Counted from the first letter of the stretch, positions 14,011 to 27,661 are shown. The stretch: 64,000 nt of DNA from Octopus sinensis (GCF_006345805.1 NC_042998.1:186682001-186746000), one strand, 5' to 3'. The notes: generated from the sequence alone by a model not told the origin. Program-made: numbers and translations.

Positions 14011-15278
14011 GGTATTAAGGTCGTCACAATATAAATCAAAACTCTGATTTCCTTTGAAAATCGGTTCTAAATCGGCCTGGTTGCCAAGAACATCATCTTT
14101 TCTTAAAGGATTATAAAAACCAGGAAAATGAATGACTGAATTAGTCAAAGAAGGAAATGCGAAGTCCACGACCCTTTTCAGGGCCCATGAGACGGTGAGA
14201 GGAAAGGAGAGATTTATCTTCGGACCGGAGACCTAGTTTGAATGCTTGCAATAGAGTGGACTCCGGTAAAAGTACCTAAAGAACAGTTTAAGTCTATCAA
14301 GTTTCAGTCGCATTTTTTGTTAAGCCGAAAATTCAGAGGACACTTTGCTTAAGGGGTTGCACCGTAGGATTGAACTCCAAATCACATAGACGCAAGTATT
14401 TTCGTCTTTATTGTCCACCAGAATCGTTAAAGCGTTTGATAAAATGTCTTGTGGTATTTCTCCCGTTTCAGAGGCGGCGAGTTGGCAAAACGTTAGCACG
14501 CCGGGCGAAATGCGTAGCGATATTTCGTCTGCCGTTACTTTCTGAGTTCAAATTCCGCCGAGGTCGACTTTGCCTTTCATCATCCTTTCGAGGTCGTTAA
14601 ATTAAGTACCAGTTGCGCACTGGGGTCGATGTAATCGACTTAATCCGTTTGTCTGTCCTTGTTTGTCCCCTCTGTGTTTAGCCTCTTGTGGGTAGTAAAG
14701 AAATAGGTATTAAGGTCGTCACAATATAAATCAAAACTCTGATTTCCTTTGAAAATCGGTTCTAAATCGGCCTGGTTGCCAAGAACATCATCTTTTCTTA
14801 AAGGATTATAAAAACCAGGAAAATGAATGACTGAATTAGTCAAAGAAGGAAATGCGAAGTCCACGACCCTTTTCAGGGCCCATGAGACGGGTGAGAGGAA
14901 AGGAGAGATTTATCTTCGGACCGGAGACCTAGTTTGAATGCTTGCAATAGAGTGGACTCCGGTAAAAGTACCTAAAGAACAGTTTAAGTCTATCAAGTTT
15001 CAGTCGCATTTTTTGTTAAGCCGAAAATTCAGAGGACACTTTGCTTAAGGGGTTGCACCGTAGGATTGAACTCCAAATCACATAGACGCAAAGTATTTTC
15101 GTCTTTATTGTCCACCAGAATCGTTAAAGCGTTTGATAAAATGTCTTGTGGTATTTCTCCCGTTTCAGAGGCGGCGAGTTGGCAGAAACGTTAGCACGCC
15201 GGGCGAAATGCGTAGCGATATTTCGTCTGCCGTTACTTTCTGAGTTCAAATTCCGCCGAGGTCGACTTTGCCTTTCAT
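13886..15278. repeat. Tandem duplication, 695/698-bp units with breakpoints in SINEs
   Basis: Units are 13886-14580 and 14581-15278 (identical ORFs 695 bp apart in the track). I see only three single-base indels between them, and the middle SINE (14473-14705) is chimeric. Confidence 0.9.
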
Positions 15279-15400
15279 CCATTCGGGGTCGATTAAATAA
15301 GTACCAGTTACGCACTGAAGTCGATGTAATCGACTTAATCCGTTTGTCTGTCCTCGTTAGTCTTCTCTGTGTTTAACCCCTTGTGGGTTGTAAAGAAATA
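15170..15400 (+). mobile_element. SINE family A
   Basis: Family A match with TSD GGTATTTCTCC(C/T)GTTTC (15150-15166, 15401-15417). Confidence 0.9.
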
Positions 15401-15774
15401 GGTATTTCTCCTGTTTCTTTACGTTCAAAGTTCAAGTCTTGCCCAGTGTAACTTTATCCTTTCTTTACTCCCAGTTGTCTTAAGTTCAACGGACACTAAC
15501 CTACAATTTTGAAGTTTCCGTGCTATTGCTAGACAGACGGAATTCTACGTTGGGTTGATTCGTCCTTTTGGTAGGTTTTAATTTTGCCCGGCTAGATTTC
15601 CTAGCAATCCTCCTCACCGGGAAAACTTGGTAGGGAACCGACGAGCAACCGTGGAACAAACTGCATCGGACGAAGTTACCAGTGGCTCGTAAACGACCTC
15701 ACACACACACACGCACACACATACACACGCACGCACACACATTTTCACAGTTTAGTTCTATTAAAGGAAAACAT

Positions 15775-15998
15775 AAGGCAGAAACGTTAGCACGCCGGGC
15801 GAAATGCTTAGCGGTATTTCGCCTGCCGCTGCGTTCTGAGTTCAAATTCCGCCGATGTCGAATTTACCTTTCATCCTTTCGCAGTCGATAAATTAAGTAT
15901 CAGTGACGCACTGGGGTCGATGAAATCGACTTAATCCGCTTGTCTGTACTTGTTTGTGCCCTCTATGTTTAGCCCCTTGTGGATAATAAAGAAATATA
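15775..15998 (+). mobile_element. SINE family A, diverged
   Basis: Matches family A from GGCAGAAACGTTAGCAC to AAAGAAATAT. Confidence 0.85.
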
Positions 15999-16460
15999 TA
16001 AAAGGAAAATAGATTTCCTAGTCACGAAAATAGCAGTAAAAGTTTTGAATTTTGCTCTGTGGTTTGCTAACTATACAGCGAGATATGAAAGCAGAGAATA
16101 TGGAAGCGAGAATATTGGCGAGTAAATAAATAAGTATTAAAAAAAATCCACAAGTGTCACATACTACTATTGCTGTTTCACGCTTCTTTTTTTTGTGTCC
16201 CTGTCCAAATCGAATTTGGGTAGACGTAAATATTTTTACAATATCTAAATATGGTAGCAGCGCGTCGAATGTTTGGAACTTTCATTTCGTTTTCAGGGAG
16301 AATTAAATGTTGAAAATTATAACAGCTTACACGTTTACAAGGAGTAAAAATAATCCTCATGAGATATAAAGCTTCTACCTCTAGCCGGCCTCAGTTCCAA
16401 ATAACCTTAGTAGAATTTCTGTACACAAATCTGCAACATTAACGCTGCAGAAAACATTCC

Positions 16461-16670
16461 TAGTAGTAGTAGTAGTAGTAGCAGCAATAGTAGTAGTAGT
16501 AGTAGTAGTAGTATAGTAGTAGTAGTAGTAGTAGTAGTTGCAGCAGCAGCAGTAGCAGCAGCAGTAGTATTAGTAGTAGTAGTAGTAGCAGCAGCAGCAG
16601 TAGTATTAGTAGTAGTAGTAGTAGCAGCAGCAGCAGTAGTAGTAGTAGTAGTAGTAGTAATAGCAGCAGC

Positions 16671-16723
<53 letters not shown>

Positions 16724-16778
16724 CAGTAGTAGTAGTTGTAGTAGTAGCAGAAGTAGTAGTAGTAGTAGTAGTAGTAGC

Positions 16779-16810
<32 letters not shown>

Positions 16811-16935
16811 CAGCAGTAGTAGTAATAGCAGTAGCAGTAGCAGCAGCAGCAGTAGTTGTAGTAGTAGCAGCAGCAGCAGAGGCAGCAGTAGTAGTAGTAG
16901 TAGCAGTAGTAATAGTAGTGGTGGTGATGGTTGTT
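16461..16935. repeat. Compound trinucleotide repeat (AGT/AGC)n
   Basis: Direct inspection; it produces the Thr/Ala-rich and Tyr/Cys-rich ORFs. Confidence 0.95.
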
Positions 16936-17099
16936 TTTTTTAAGGGGTGGGAACTGGTGGTGGTAGTGATGGTCGTGGTATTGAAGAGGAAGGAAGCATA
17001 AAATGTAAAGATACAAAAGCGATATAGATAAGACAACAAAAAGTTCAAATGACATTAAACGCCGACGTTTCTTTTGATGTTCAATTCCTTTTACGTCAG

Positions 17100-17140
17100 C
17101 AATTGCCGACAAGCTCGCAAAAATCGATATGTGTACCTGT
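17100..17140 (+). other. Candidate 41-nt exon
   Basis: Acceptor GTTTCTTTTGATGTTCAATTCCTTTTACGTCAG and donor GTGAGT. All three frames are open (e.g. IADKLAKIDMCTC); not linked to a gene. Confidence 0.3.
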
Positions 17141-17367
17141 GTGAGTAACATTCCGTCATTTTTGTCGAGGCCGAGAATTAGTGATAGAGAAATAGTGATG
17201 TACAAAGTTGAAGAGACATGTTTCATAGAAGTAGTTCGCTATAGGTGATCCACCTGGAATATTTCATCATTTTTACCTGCGCATGAGTCACAGGTATACA
17301 AAGGGAAATGTTTGCTTTTGCGGAGAAACTTTTGTGGAGAAATTTTTGTCAGATGTCAGACAAAAGT

Positions 17368-17398
<31 letters not shown>

Positions 17399-17544
17399 CA
17401 TACATACATACATACATACATACATACATACATAATACATACAATGTATGTGTGTATGTATGTATGTATGTATGTATGTATGTATGTGTGTATGTGTCTG
17501 TGCGTGTGTGTGTATACATGTATGTGTGTATATACATGCGTATG

Positions 17545-17893
17545 TGTGTATATGGGAGACTCCCTTCGGTCATGAATGACCATGGGATTGCACCTAAAAA
17601 GCTACCCTCCCAGGCACAAGTCCGGGCAAGGTTGTTTATGGAAGGCCAGCAGTCGCCCATGCGTACCAGCCTCGCCCCTCCACACCACTGATGTTATCCA
17701 AGGGAAAGGCAAAGGCCGATACAGCTTGGCACCAGTGATGTCGCAACTCATTTCTACAGATGAGTGAACTGGAGCAACGTGAAATAAAGTGTCTTGCTCA
17801 AGAACACAACACGCAGCCGGGTCCGGGAATCGAACTCACAACCCCACGATCGTAAGCTCGACACTCTGACTACTGAGCCATGCGCCTTCACAA
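17545..17893 (-). mobile_element. Family C-type tRNA-SINE with long body, tail running into (ATAC)n
   Basis: tRNA-like head on the minus strand (GAAGGCGCATGGCTCAGTAGTCAGAG...GTTCGATTCC) and TGTGTTCTTGAGCAAGACACTT core. Related copies are at 50890-51222, 51940-52271 and 6810-6990. Confidence 0.8.
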
Positions 17894-17978
17894 GGGGTGT
17901 ATATACATGCGCATATAAACTATATAAATTCGAAGCGGCTCACTGCATTACTGCTCAGAGTTTCTCACGACGGATAGG

Positions 17979-18754
17979 TCTTATATACACAAAGCAAGTG
18001 TAGCTAAGAATAAAAGAGTGGTGTTACCTGCGAGAATCAAACCACTCATCTGCTGAAAACTGGACAGCCATGAAAACCACTACACCAGAGAAACCTGCCA
18101 AATTTCTATCACCACATTCGAAGCTTTAATTTTATAGGCGAGAAAAGTATTTGCTTGGGTTCGTATTGAGCATTTGAAAATACGTTCTTTTTAAGAAGTT
18201 AATTTGGGGCAAAAAAAACAAACGGTGTCATAACCTGTCGTCTTGTTACTACACCAAATTCCCATTATGTTGCTTAGGAATCTTGACCCACCTCTCCTGT
18301 GTAATGGAACTCGCGCAATTGTTACTTCCATGAAGCCTCTATGACCTACAAGCAACAATCATAACAAAAAAGAACATGTCTTTATTCCAAAATTTCCTCT
18401 CATATCTACAGATGTTCCATTTGAATTTAAGAGGCTTCAGTTTCCAGTCAAACTAAGTTTTGATCTTTCAGTTAACAAATCTCAGAGTAGTTGGACTTCA
18501 TCTCTCTACTACAGGCTTCTCCCACGGCCAACTCATCAAAAAAAACTTTACACAATGAATATTGTTTACCCTGAGGTGCTTCAAGATTGACAAATTTTCA
18601 GTTCTAAATTCAATTATCATTACAATTTGGACATTCCAAAATAAAATATAGATATTTTGAAATAATTATGATAAAAAATATATCATCATATTTATTGTTT
18701 ACTAATCTGAATAAGAACAGCTATAACACGGGCAACGCCGGGTAGTTCAGCTAG
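17979..18754 (+). mobile_element. Probable non-autonomous Helitron (degenerate)
   Basis: The 3' end CACGGGCAACGCCGGGTAGTTCAGCTAG (hairpin plus CTAG) is of the same type as the end of the 54147-54546 element. The 5' TCTTATATA boundary is tentative. Confidence 0.5.
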
Positions 18755-19523
18755 CAAGTTATAATAAACCAAACCCATGCAGCTAGTGAATGAGAATTGT
18801 TACAAATGAGCAACACTGCAACCTGGTACGAGGGTGACTTTAGTAGGTTAATATATCTTGGAGACATTTCAGCGAGGTCACCGGTCAGAAGATACTTTTT
18901 TCCTTGCCAGGGACGCCTCGAAGAGATAAAAAAGAAAAAACATTGAAAATCGTCTTATAAATTATATGAATCTCATCCTGTGTGAATGTTTTGTTGGTTC
19001 CCACAACTTCATCTTTACTGTTTGTGTTTCCATGCCATTAAAAGGTTGGATACATAATTTCACTGAATAACATTTGATAACGAAAACCAAATAGTAATGA
19101 AAGTCGACCACCAGTTGAATCTTAATTATTGACTCTGTTTAAACATTAAGTATACACTTTACTAGACGAACCCATATTTGCTTTGTGTCATTTTTACATC
19201 ACCTAGATATATCTATGGGTTTTAAACTGAGGTCACATGATCTAATTCGCCTCCTCAAATAGTGAAATAATGATATTAAAATGCTAGCCTGATGTGTTTA
19301 ACGAAATTCCAGTTTAATTGCATATCTGTTCGTTGAGAGCTTAATATGAGACGGGGATTTCAGTAAAAATTAATTACAGTCGACTACTGCCTCTCAAGTT
19401 GGTCTAACGAAATCCACTCATGAGAACTCTGCAGCTTAGTTAAATAATACCAATGCTCTAACACTACACTTAAAAAAAAAAAATGTGAAACAGCATTCTC
19501 TGTATTCATGCAAAATACATTAT

Positions 19524-19934
19524 GGATCTTTTCGGTTTGAACGGCAGTTTTTTCTAGCGGTGTCATATGAAATTATGACCCCATAATTATGACCCAGTAT
19601 CGATCTATTGCATTTCAATCTGTGTTAGGGTTAGGGTTAGGGGTGGGGGGAAGGGTATCTTTTTTCTCCAGAAATGTAAATAAACCCAATCTGTTTCTTA
19701 AACGAGGGACATATTCATACGGCACAGAATGTTTTTCACCTCAATAGACGTCATTGATTGGTTGAAATTGCAGAAATTGAAGAAAAAAAACAACAAATAT
19801 CTTACAAACTATAGAATTCTCTCAGTAAGAGAAAAAGATGTTTTATAAACACATTCTATCAGTATACGAAGTTTAAAAGTGTTTAGTTACGTGGAAATTA
19901 TTTAAAAAAACTGTCGTTCAAACCGAAAAGATCC
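19524..19934 (+). mobile_element. TTAGGG-bearing MITE
   Basis: Both TIRs present; 8-bp TSD TACATTAT/TACATTAC. Confidence 0.9.
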
Positions 19935-20120
19935 TACATTACTCAAAACTGTTGCCATTTTTTTTCACAGATTTAAAACCCAACAGTTAATTCACAACCT
20001 CTTATTGAATTATCACAGATTTTTTACATATAATGAAGACTTCATTAGACCTGTTAAGTTTCTCCATCAGGGCCCAGATAGTATTTTGGTAGGCTCGACC
20101 TGCATGTCTAGACTTAGACA

Positions 20121-20168
<48 letters not shown>

Positions 20169-20179
20169 ACACACACACA

Positions 20180-20218
<39 letters not shown>

Positions 20219-20297
20219 GCCAACCCCAAAGCCTCCTCTTGATTGCTCGAACTATTAGAACAGCCAAATCTCTTCAAATCATATCTCATCGTTAACA

Positions 20298-20330
<33 letters not shown>

Positions 20331-20349
20331 AGGAAGAAAAAAGTAAACG

Positions 20350-20850
20350 AAAAGTTACATTGGATAAAATAATCTTAGATATACTGTGCCTGAAATAATG
20401 ACGAAACGGCCACGACTGGAATATATTTAAGCAGAAGACTGCTTATTCGAACTCACCTGAACCTAAACAATATCCAGGTGAGCCATCACTGACTAAGACC
20501 AAAAGCACCGAGCCACGGGTTGCAGAGGAATTACTGTCATTTACCAGCACTCTACAACCACTGACTCATCAAACAGTTTCTCATTAAATTAATTCTAATG
20601 CTACTGCAACGGCTTCTACTTCGCTGAATATACTGACTTTATACACCGTAGCCGATTAAGCTCACTCAATGCACACACTTGTCCTCCTCCTCCTCCTTTC
20701 ACCCGTTCTCATCCCCATATCCACCCAGCTCTTTCTCTCACCCAGTCTCAATCTCCATATCCACCCAACTCTTTCTCTCATTCTCTTACTCTTCTTTCTC
20801 AGATCTTACTCCCTCTGAAACACCCCTTACTTTGTCGGGGTTTTTGTCTC
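20350..20850 (+). pseudogene. Possible degenerate Penelope-like (GIY-YIG) 3' region
   Basis: Translation fragments KSYIG* and EPRVAEELLSFTSTLQPL resemble the PLE C-terminal RKAEEQRLIFxLGTLQP, followed by a CT-rich tract. Heavily decayed. Confidence 0.35.
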
Positions 20851-21056
20851 TCTTTTACTCTGTTACTCTTTTACTTGTTTCAGTCATTTTTGACTGTGGC
20901 CATGCTGGAGCACCGCCTTTTAGTCGAGCAAATCGACCCCAGGACTTATACTTTGTAAGCCTAGTACTTATTCTATCGGTCTCTTTTGCCGAACCGCCAA
21001 GTTACGGGGACGTAAACACACCTGTATCGGTTGTCAAGCGATGTTGGGTGGCGGAC

Positions 21057-21112
<56 letters not shown>

Positions 21113-21284
21113 CATATATACGACGGGCTTCTTTCAGTTTCCGTCTACCAAATCCACTCACAAGGCTTTGGTCGGCCCGAGGCTATAGTAGAAGACACTT
21201 GCCCAAGGTGACACGCAGTGGGACTGAACCCGGAACCATGTGGTTCGTAAGCAAGCTACTTACCACAGAGCCACTCCTACGCCT
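20851..21284 (-). mobile_element. SINE family B, full length, internal (TA)n(TG)n
   Basis: Head GGCGTAGGAGTGGCTCTGTGG, CORE-like domain and (GTAAAAGA)-like tail. Confidence 0.9.
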
Positions 21285-21400
21285 TTAATTATTAATCTTT
21301 AATTGCTCCAATTACATGGTAAAGGCACATCTTAAGCCAAATATTGCATATAAATTGCACACCTCATCGAGTAACCCATCACTTTATCATAGCAGCTAGA

Positions 21401-21897
21401 TAATTCTTAAATGACTTCACTGCATTGCTTCCATTTTATAAGGTTCCAAATAATCTTAGTTTTTGTTGTTGTTTAGCCACGTCAGCCCTGATCAAGCAAA
21501 CCTTTGATCAAAGGCGTTCGAGTTCTGACGACCTACCTTTTGTATATATATATATATATATATATGGCTGCATTGTCTAATGTGTTCATCCGTTTTGAAG
21601 ATAGTAAAGGTACAATTTTAAGAGTGATTTGACTGCTATTTCTGGCGCTAATTCTGAAATGACTTCACTGCATTGCTTCCATCTTATAAGGTTCTAAATA
21701 ATCTTAGTTTTTGTTGTTGTTTAGCCATGTCAGCCCTGATCAAGCAAACCTTTGATCAAAGGCGTTCGAGTTCTGACGACCTACATTTTTGTGTATATAT
21801 ATATATATATATATATATGGCTGCATTGTCTAATGTGTTCATCCGTTTTGAAGAGAGTAAAGGTACAATTTTAAGAGTGACTTGACTGCTATTTCTG
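21401..21897. repeat. Tandem duplication, 248-bp period, slightly diverged
   Basis: TAATTCT(T/G)AAATGACTTCAC at 21401 and 21649. The units differ by several substitutions and in (TA)n length. Confidence 0.9.
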
Positions 21898-21989
21898 GCA
21901 AAGAAACGAGGGGTAAAAAGATTGAGACCACGTAGAAATTTTCTGGTTGGCTCTTTCTTTTTCATTTGCAGAGGTTGTTGTTCAACTAC

Positions 21990-22222
21990 CGACGAGCTGG
22001 CAGAATCATTAGCTCGCCAGGCGAAATGCTTAGCAGTATTTCGTCTGTCGCCACGTTCTGAGTTCAAATTCCGCCGAGGTCGACTTTGCCTTTCGTCCTT
22101 TCGGGGTCGATTAAATAAGAACCAGTTACGCGCTGGGGTCGATGCAATCGACTTAATCCATTTGTCTGTCTTTGTTTGTCCTCTCTGTGTTTAGCCCCTT
22201 GTGGGTAGTAAAGAAATATACA
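21990..22222 (+). mobile_element. SINE family A
   Basis: Matches the family A body and tail. Confidence 0.85.
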
Positions 22223-22497
22223 TTGTTTTACTTACCATCAGTTCGTCCTCACATTTTTGAGTTCAAATCCAGGCCGAACCGACCGCTACCTTTCAGTTCT
22301 CAAGAATCTATAAATGTGCACCGTAAGTATATGTAAATAACAGTGTCGACTTACTCGACCATACCTTTCTCATGCAAACAATAACCGTATTCTGTCTAGT
22401 CAAAAGAAATCGATATTTTCCGTAAAATGATTGATCAACTGTGATAAAAATACACACACATATGCTCGCGCGGACACACGCGCAAAGTTTCTCCCTC

Positions 22498-22770
22498 GCT
22501 CTCTCTCTCTCTCTCTCTTTCACACACACACACACACACATACAGACACACACACAGACACACACAGACACACACACAGACACACACACACACACACACA
22601 CACAACACACAGACACACACACACAGAGACACACACACACACAGACACACACATACACACAGACACACACACACACAGATACACACACACACACATACAC
22701 ACACACACATACACACATACACACACAGACACACAGACACACACACACACATACACACACACACACACAC

Positions 22771-22839
<69 letters not shown>

Positions 22840-22857
22840 ACACATACACACACAGAC
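22498..22857. repeat. Compound (CT)n/(CA)n/(CAGA) microsatellite
   Basis: Direct inspection. Confidence 0.95.
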
Positions 22858-23257
22858 ATTCAGCTACTTATTATACGTTATTTCTCTCCTGTTGCTTTCA
22901 GCTACAACGGCTGCTGTTCTGTTGTTCTGTTAAGGAAAAAAAAAAAACCGGACTAATTTCGTTAACCTGACCATTCCCTAGTCAACAATGTTTCTACTGA
23001 TATCAGAAGATAAGTTGTCGCCCTATTAACACATGATACACACACACATACACACACACCGCCACTACCACCATAACGACAACAACAACGACCACTACCA
23101 CCACTTCCACTACCACCACCGCCATTAGTATTCCAGTACTACCAACATCTCCACCTCTTGTTAAAATAACATTCCAGCTTCCACCATTATCTCTTCCTCT
23201 TCTTATTGTTCTCTTCCTCTTCCGTTTCTGTGCCAGCTTTAAACTCAGCGAAAACTC

Positions 23258-23648
23258 TCTTTACTCTTTTACTTGTTTCAGTCATTTGACTGCGGCCATG
23301 CTGGAGCACCGCCTTTAGTCGAGCAAATCGACCCCCTGGGACTTATTCTTTGTAAGCCCAGTACTTATTCTATCGGTCTCTTTTGCCGAACCGCTAAGTA
23401 ACGGGGACGTAAACACACCAGCATCGGTTGTCAAGCAATGCTAGGGGGACAAACACAGACACACAAACACATACACACACACACACATATATATATATAC
23501 ACATATATACGACAGGCTTCTTTCAGTTTCCGTCTACCAAATCCACTCACAAGGCATTGGTCGGCCCGGGGCTATAGCAGAAGACACTCGCCCAAGATGC
23601 CACACAGTGGGACTGAACCCGGAACCATGTGGTTGGTTAGCAAGCTAC
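23258..23648 (-). mobile_element. SINE family B, 5'-truncated
   Basis: Matches family B. Confidence 0.85.
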
Positions 23649-24347
23649 AAATATTAATATTTCTTTTTTTATTATTTTCATTTATTTTTCACTGTTTACA
23701 AAGAAAATACATGTGAAAGGGTGGGGGGAAGACAAAAAAAATGCAATGATGTTCATGTTTTTTTTCTTTCTTCTTGGCATTCATGCTTTCTTTTTGGCAT
23801 TCATGCCTTCTTTGAGAGCATTGGCGACGTAAATGAAGCGGAATTTAATCAACCGGGTATTGAAAAACTGCCTTTTGTAGTCTTTGCCTGGTAGATACTT
23901 TCCTTTTGCTAACCAGCAACATGTACAACACACTAACATAGACACACACACGCACACCAATACTCTGTTGGTTACGATGACTTGGGTTCCAGTTGATCTG
24001 ACCATCGGAACAACCTGCTCGTGAAATTAACGTGCAAGTGGCTGAGCACTCTACAGACACGTGTACCCTTAACCAGAGCTCTCGGTGGTTGATTCAGCAT
24101 GACACAGAATTTGACAAGACAAGGATGGTCTTTTGAATTACTGGTACTACTAATTTTTTGCCAGCTGAGCAAAGTGAAATAATGTGTCTCGCTGGTACAA
24201 CTCTTTTGCAGCCAAGAAACTTGCAGTTAAATGAAATAAAGTGCCTTGTTCGTTGAAACAATGCCACGCCGTCCCGGAATATACATGCCTCTGTGCGCGC
24301 ATTTGAATGTGTGCGTGTTTGAATGTGTGTGTGTGTGTGTGTGTGCA

Positions 24348-24390
<43 letters not shown>

Positions 24391-24556
24391 ATTAGTGAAT
24401 AATATTAAAATTCAATTATCCGCACCAACGCACGGTTGCAACACCATATGGTTGTACCTCCAACCGTGCTTTCTTCTGCTGTGATTTTTGCTACCAAGGT
24501 ATCGGTTAAACTTTTGATTAATCTGCAACAAGATTATTCATCTTTCTATTTCACCA

Positions 24557-24606
<50 letters not shown>

Positions 24607-25111
24607 TTTATAACCATCTGTCTGTCTATATACTTATATATATCTATATATACATAATGTGTGTATATATATATATATTATATATATATATATTATATAT
24701 ATATATATTATATATATATATATATATATACATACATATACATATGAGAGGGATGACCACTATGTGGACAACCCCTATACTAGAAGTAGATCCGCTATGG
24801 TCTTACCACAAAGAAATATATAATACAATAGAATACAAAGAGCTTGTGACATACGTACGTACATACATACATACATACATACATGTATATGCGCGCGCAC
24901 ACACACACACTAACCCCCACACATGCGCACAAACAAACAAAAGAACGCAGCTCGGATAACGTACAGAGTCAATAATTATTGAAATGGTTGCAAGACGTAA
25001 CGAAAATTTTAGTTAAAATTTAAAAAAAGTAAATGAGTGGAAACTTTACCAATGAGTATGTTAAATAATAAGGCATTAAAGAGAATGACTTTCCCTAGAC
25101 ACAACAGTATA

Positions 25112-25178
<67 letters not shown>

Positions 25179-25437
25179 TAATAAATAAAACATATGCTAT
25201 ATATATACATATATGTACCTACCTACCTCTACATGTATATATACACGCATATATGAGTACAGGACACCAAAAAAAACGTGGAACACAATGAGAAACGAAA
25301 ACATAGACACAAACCCAAGGAACTGGACATTTTTCTTAAACAACGAAAAAAAATAGAGTACAGGACAAATAACACGAGGAAAAAACCCCTTCTTCAGTCG
25401 CCATGGTTTCATCTACTCTACGTTTCGAAGGTGATAT

Positions 25438-25469
<32 letters not shown>

Positions 25470-25476
<7 letters not shown>

Positions 25477-26049
25477 CCACATGGTTCCGGGTTCGGTCTC
25501 ACTGCGTGGAACCTTGGGCAAGTGTCTTCTACTATAGCCTCGGGCCGACCAAAGCCTTGTGAGTGGATTTGGTAGACGGAAACTGAAAGAAGCTCGTCGT
25601 ATATATGTTTGTGTGTCTGTGTTTGTCCCCCACCCCCCAACATCGCTTGACAACCGATGTTGGTGTGTTTACGTCTCAGTAACCTGGCGGTTCAGCAAAG
25701 AGACCGATAGAATAAGTACTAGGCTTACAAGGAAGAAGTCCTGGGGTCGATTTGCTCGACGAAAGGCGGTGCTCCAGCATGGCCACAGTCACATGACTGA
25801 AACAAGTAAAAGAGAGTAAAAGAGTATGTATATCTCTTTACTCTTTACTCTTTTATTTGTTTCAGTCATTTGACTGCGGCCATGCTGGAGCACCGCCTTT
25901 AGTCGAGCAAATCGACCCCGGGACTAATTATTTGTAAGCCCAGTACTTATTCTATTCGGTCTCTTTTGCCGAACAGCTAAGTGACGGGGACGCAAACACA
26001 CCAGCATCGGTTGTCAAGCAATGCTAGGGGGACAAACACAGACACACAA

Positions 26050-26083
<34 letters not shown>

Positions 26084-26246
26084 ATATATACGACAGGCTT
26101 CTTTCGGTTTCCGTCTACCAAATCCACTCACAAGGCATTGGTCGGCCCGGGGCTATAGCAGAAGACACTTGCCCAAGATGCCACGCAGTGGGACTGAACC
26201 CGGAACCATGTGGTTGGTTAGCAAGCTACTTACCACATAGCCACTC
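25470..26246. mobile_element. Tail-to-tail pair of family B SINEs (+ 25470-25824, - 25838-26246)
   Basis: Two opposite-orientation copies separated by only ~13 bp (TATGTATAT region). Confidence 0.85.
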
Positions 26247-26324
26247 AATATATATTCTGATTAATGTTTTTTTTGCAAATTAAACTGATACATACATTTA
26301 TCCATCCAACCATACATACATACA

Positions 26325-26361
<37 letters not shown>

Positions 26362-26518
26362 GTGTGTGTGTGCATTTGTTTTTGTAAATACAGTCTTCTC
26401 TCCCACTCCAGCTTATTCACGCGTTTAAATGTATAGCGATTTCTTACAAAGTTTCTTTGCGGTGGTGGGAATTGGTTAACCACTGAACTTAGCAAAACTT
26501 TTTGACTCAATAGATGCC

Positions 26519-26706
26519 AGTGATTGGTTGAAATTGCAGAAATTGAAGAAATTAAAGACCAAATGCCTTACAAACTATAGAATTTTCTCAATAAAGCCAA
26601 GAGAAAAAGATGTTTTATAAACACATTCTACCAGTATACGAAGTTTAAAATTTTTTTAGTTATTTAGAAATTATGTTAAAAACTGCCGTTCAAACGGAAG
26701 AGATCC
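26519..26706 (+). mobile_element. 3' fragment of TTAGGG-bearing MITE
   Basis: Matches the MITE 3' half, ending ...CAAACGGAAGAGATCC. Confidence 0.8.
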
Positions 26707-27661
26707 TAACCCTCTACTGATTCTTCCATTCACTGTCTCAAGGTGAGAATCCAATGTTTCTCATTGGATTTGAAAAAATGTTGAAGAAATTGTCCTGTTT
26801 TCTGAGATTCTTTCTTAATTTGGCACAAGTCGAGCAATTTTTAAAGGGTGGGACAAGTCGATTACATTGACGCTATTACTTGACTGATACTTTATTTTAT
26901 CGATCTCCGAGATGAAAGGCAAAGTGGACCTCGGCAGGATTTCAACACAGAACGTAAAGAGCCAGGAAACAAAACTCTAAGTATTTCGTTCGACGCTGTA
27001 ACGATACTACGAGCTCGCCGCCTCCATGTTTAATGGTTTCCAGTTTGTCAAATGTCATAGTGAAGGAAAGAGAATTGTAAGGATGTAATATTTATTTTCG
27101 TATCCCTCTCTTTATTAACTCTTCTTTAGATAAGAGGGGGGAATGATGCCAATGATTTCACTAGTATTTTGGGTGTGCATCAGGTGCTGGTATTTATTGA
27201 TTTGAAAACCATTGAATTAATTCATGTATAATCGTTTCTAAACTTTGGAAGGTGAAATCTCAGGTGAAGGGTTTAGTCGTTAAATCAATCCCAGTAGTAC
27301 TTTATTCTAGCGAGTCCGGTGAGACGAAAAGCGAAGTTGACCTTGGTGGCATTTGAACTCAGATCATAGAAAATCGGAACAAATACCACGAGGTATTTTG
27401 TCCAACGCTCAAGGGATCTCGCCAATCCACCGTCTTTCCCAGTGTATAACATAAACAATGAACATCTCATTGATTGAAATTTGTTCACCGTGACTTATAG
27501 GCGCAGGCGTGGCTGTGTCGTAAGACCTTTGTTTCCCAACCATATGATTCCAGGTTCAGTTCCACTGTGTGGCACCTTGGGCAAGTGTCTTCCACTATAT
27601 CCTGGGGCCGACTAAAGCTTTGCGAGTGGATTTGGAAGACGGAAATTGAAAGAAGCCCGTC

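Noticed and set aside
16407-17226. Mucin-like Thr/Ala-rich and Tyr/Cys-rich ORFs
   Set aside because: They come from (AGT/AGC)n triplet repeats; there is no convincing start, splice context or unique domain.
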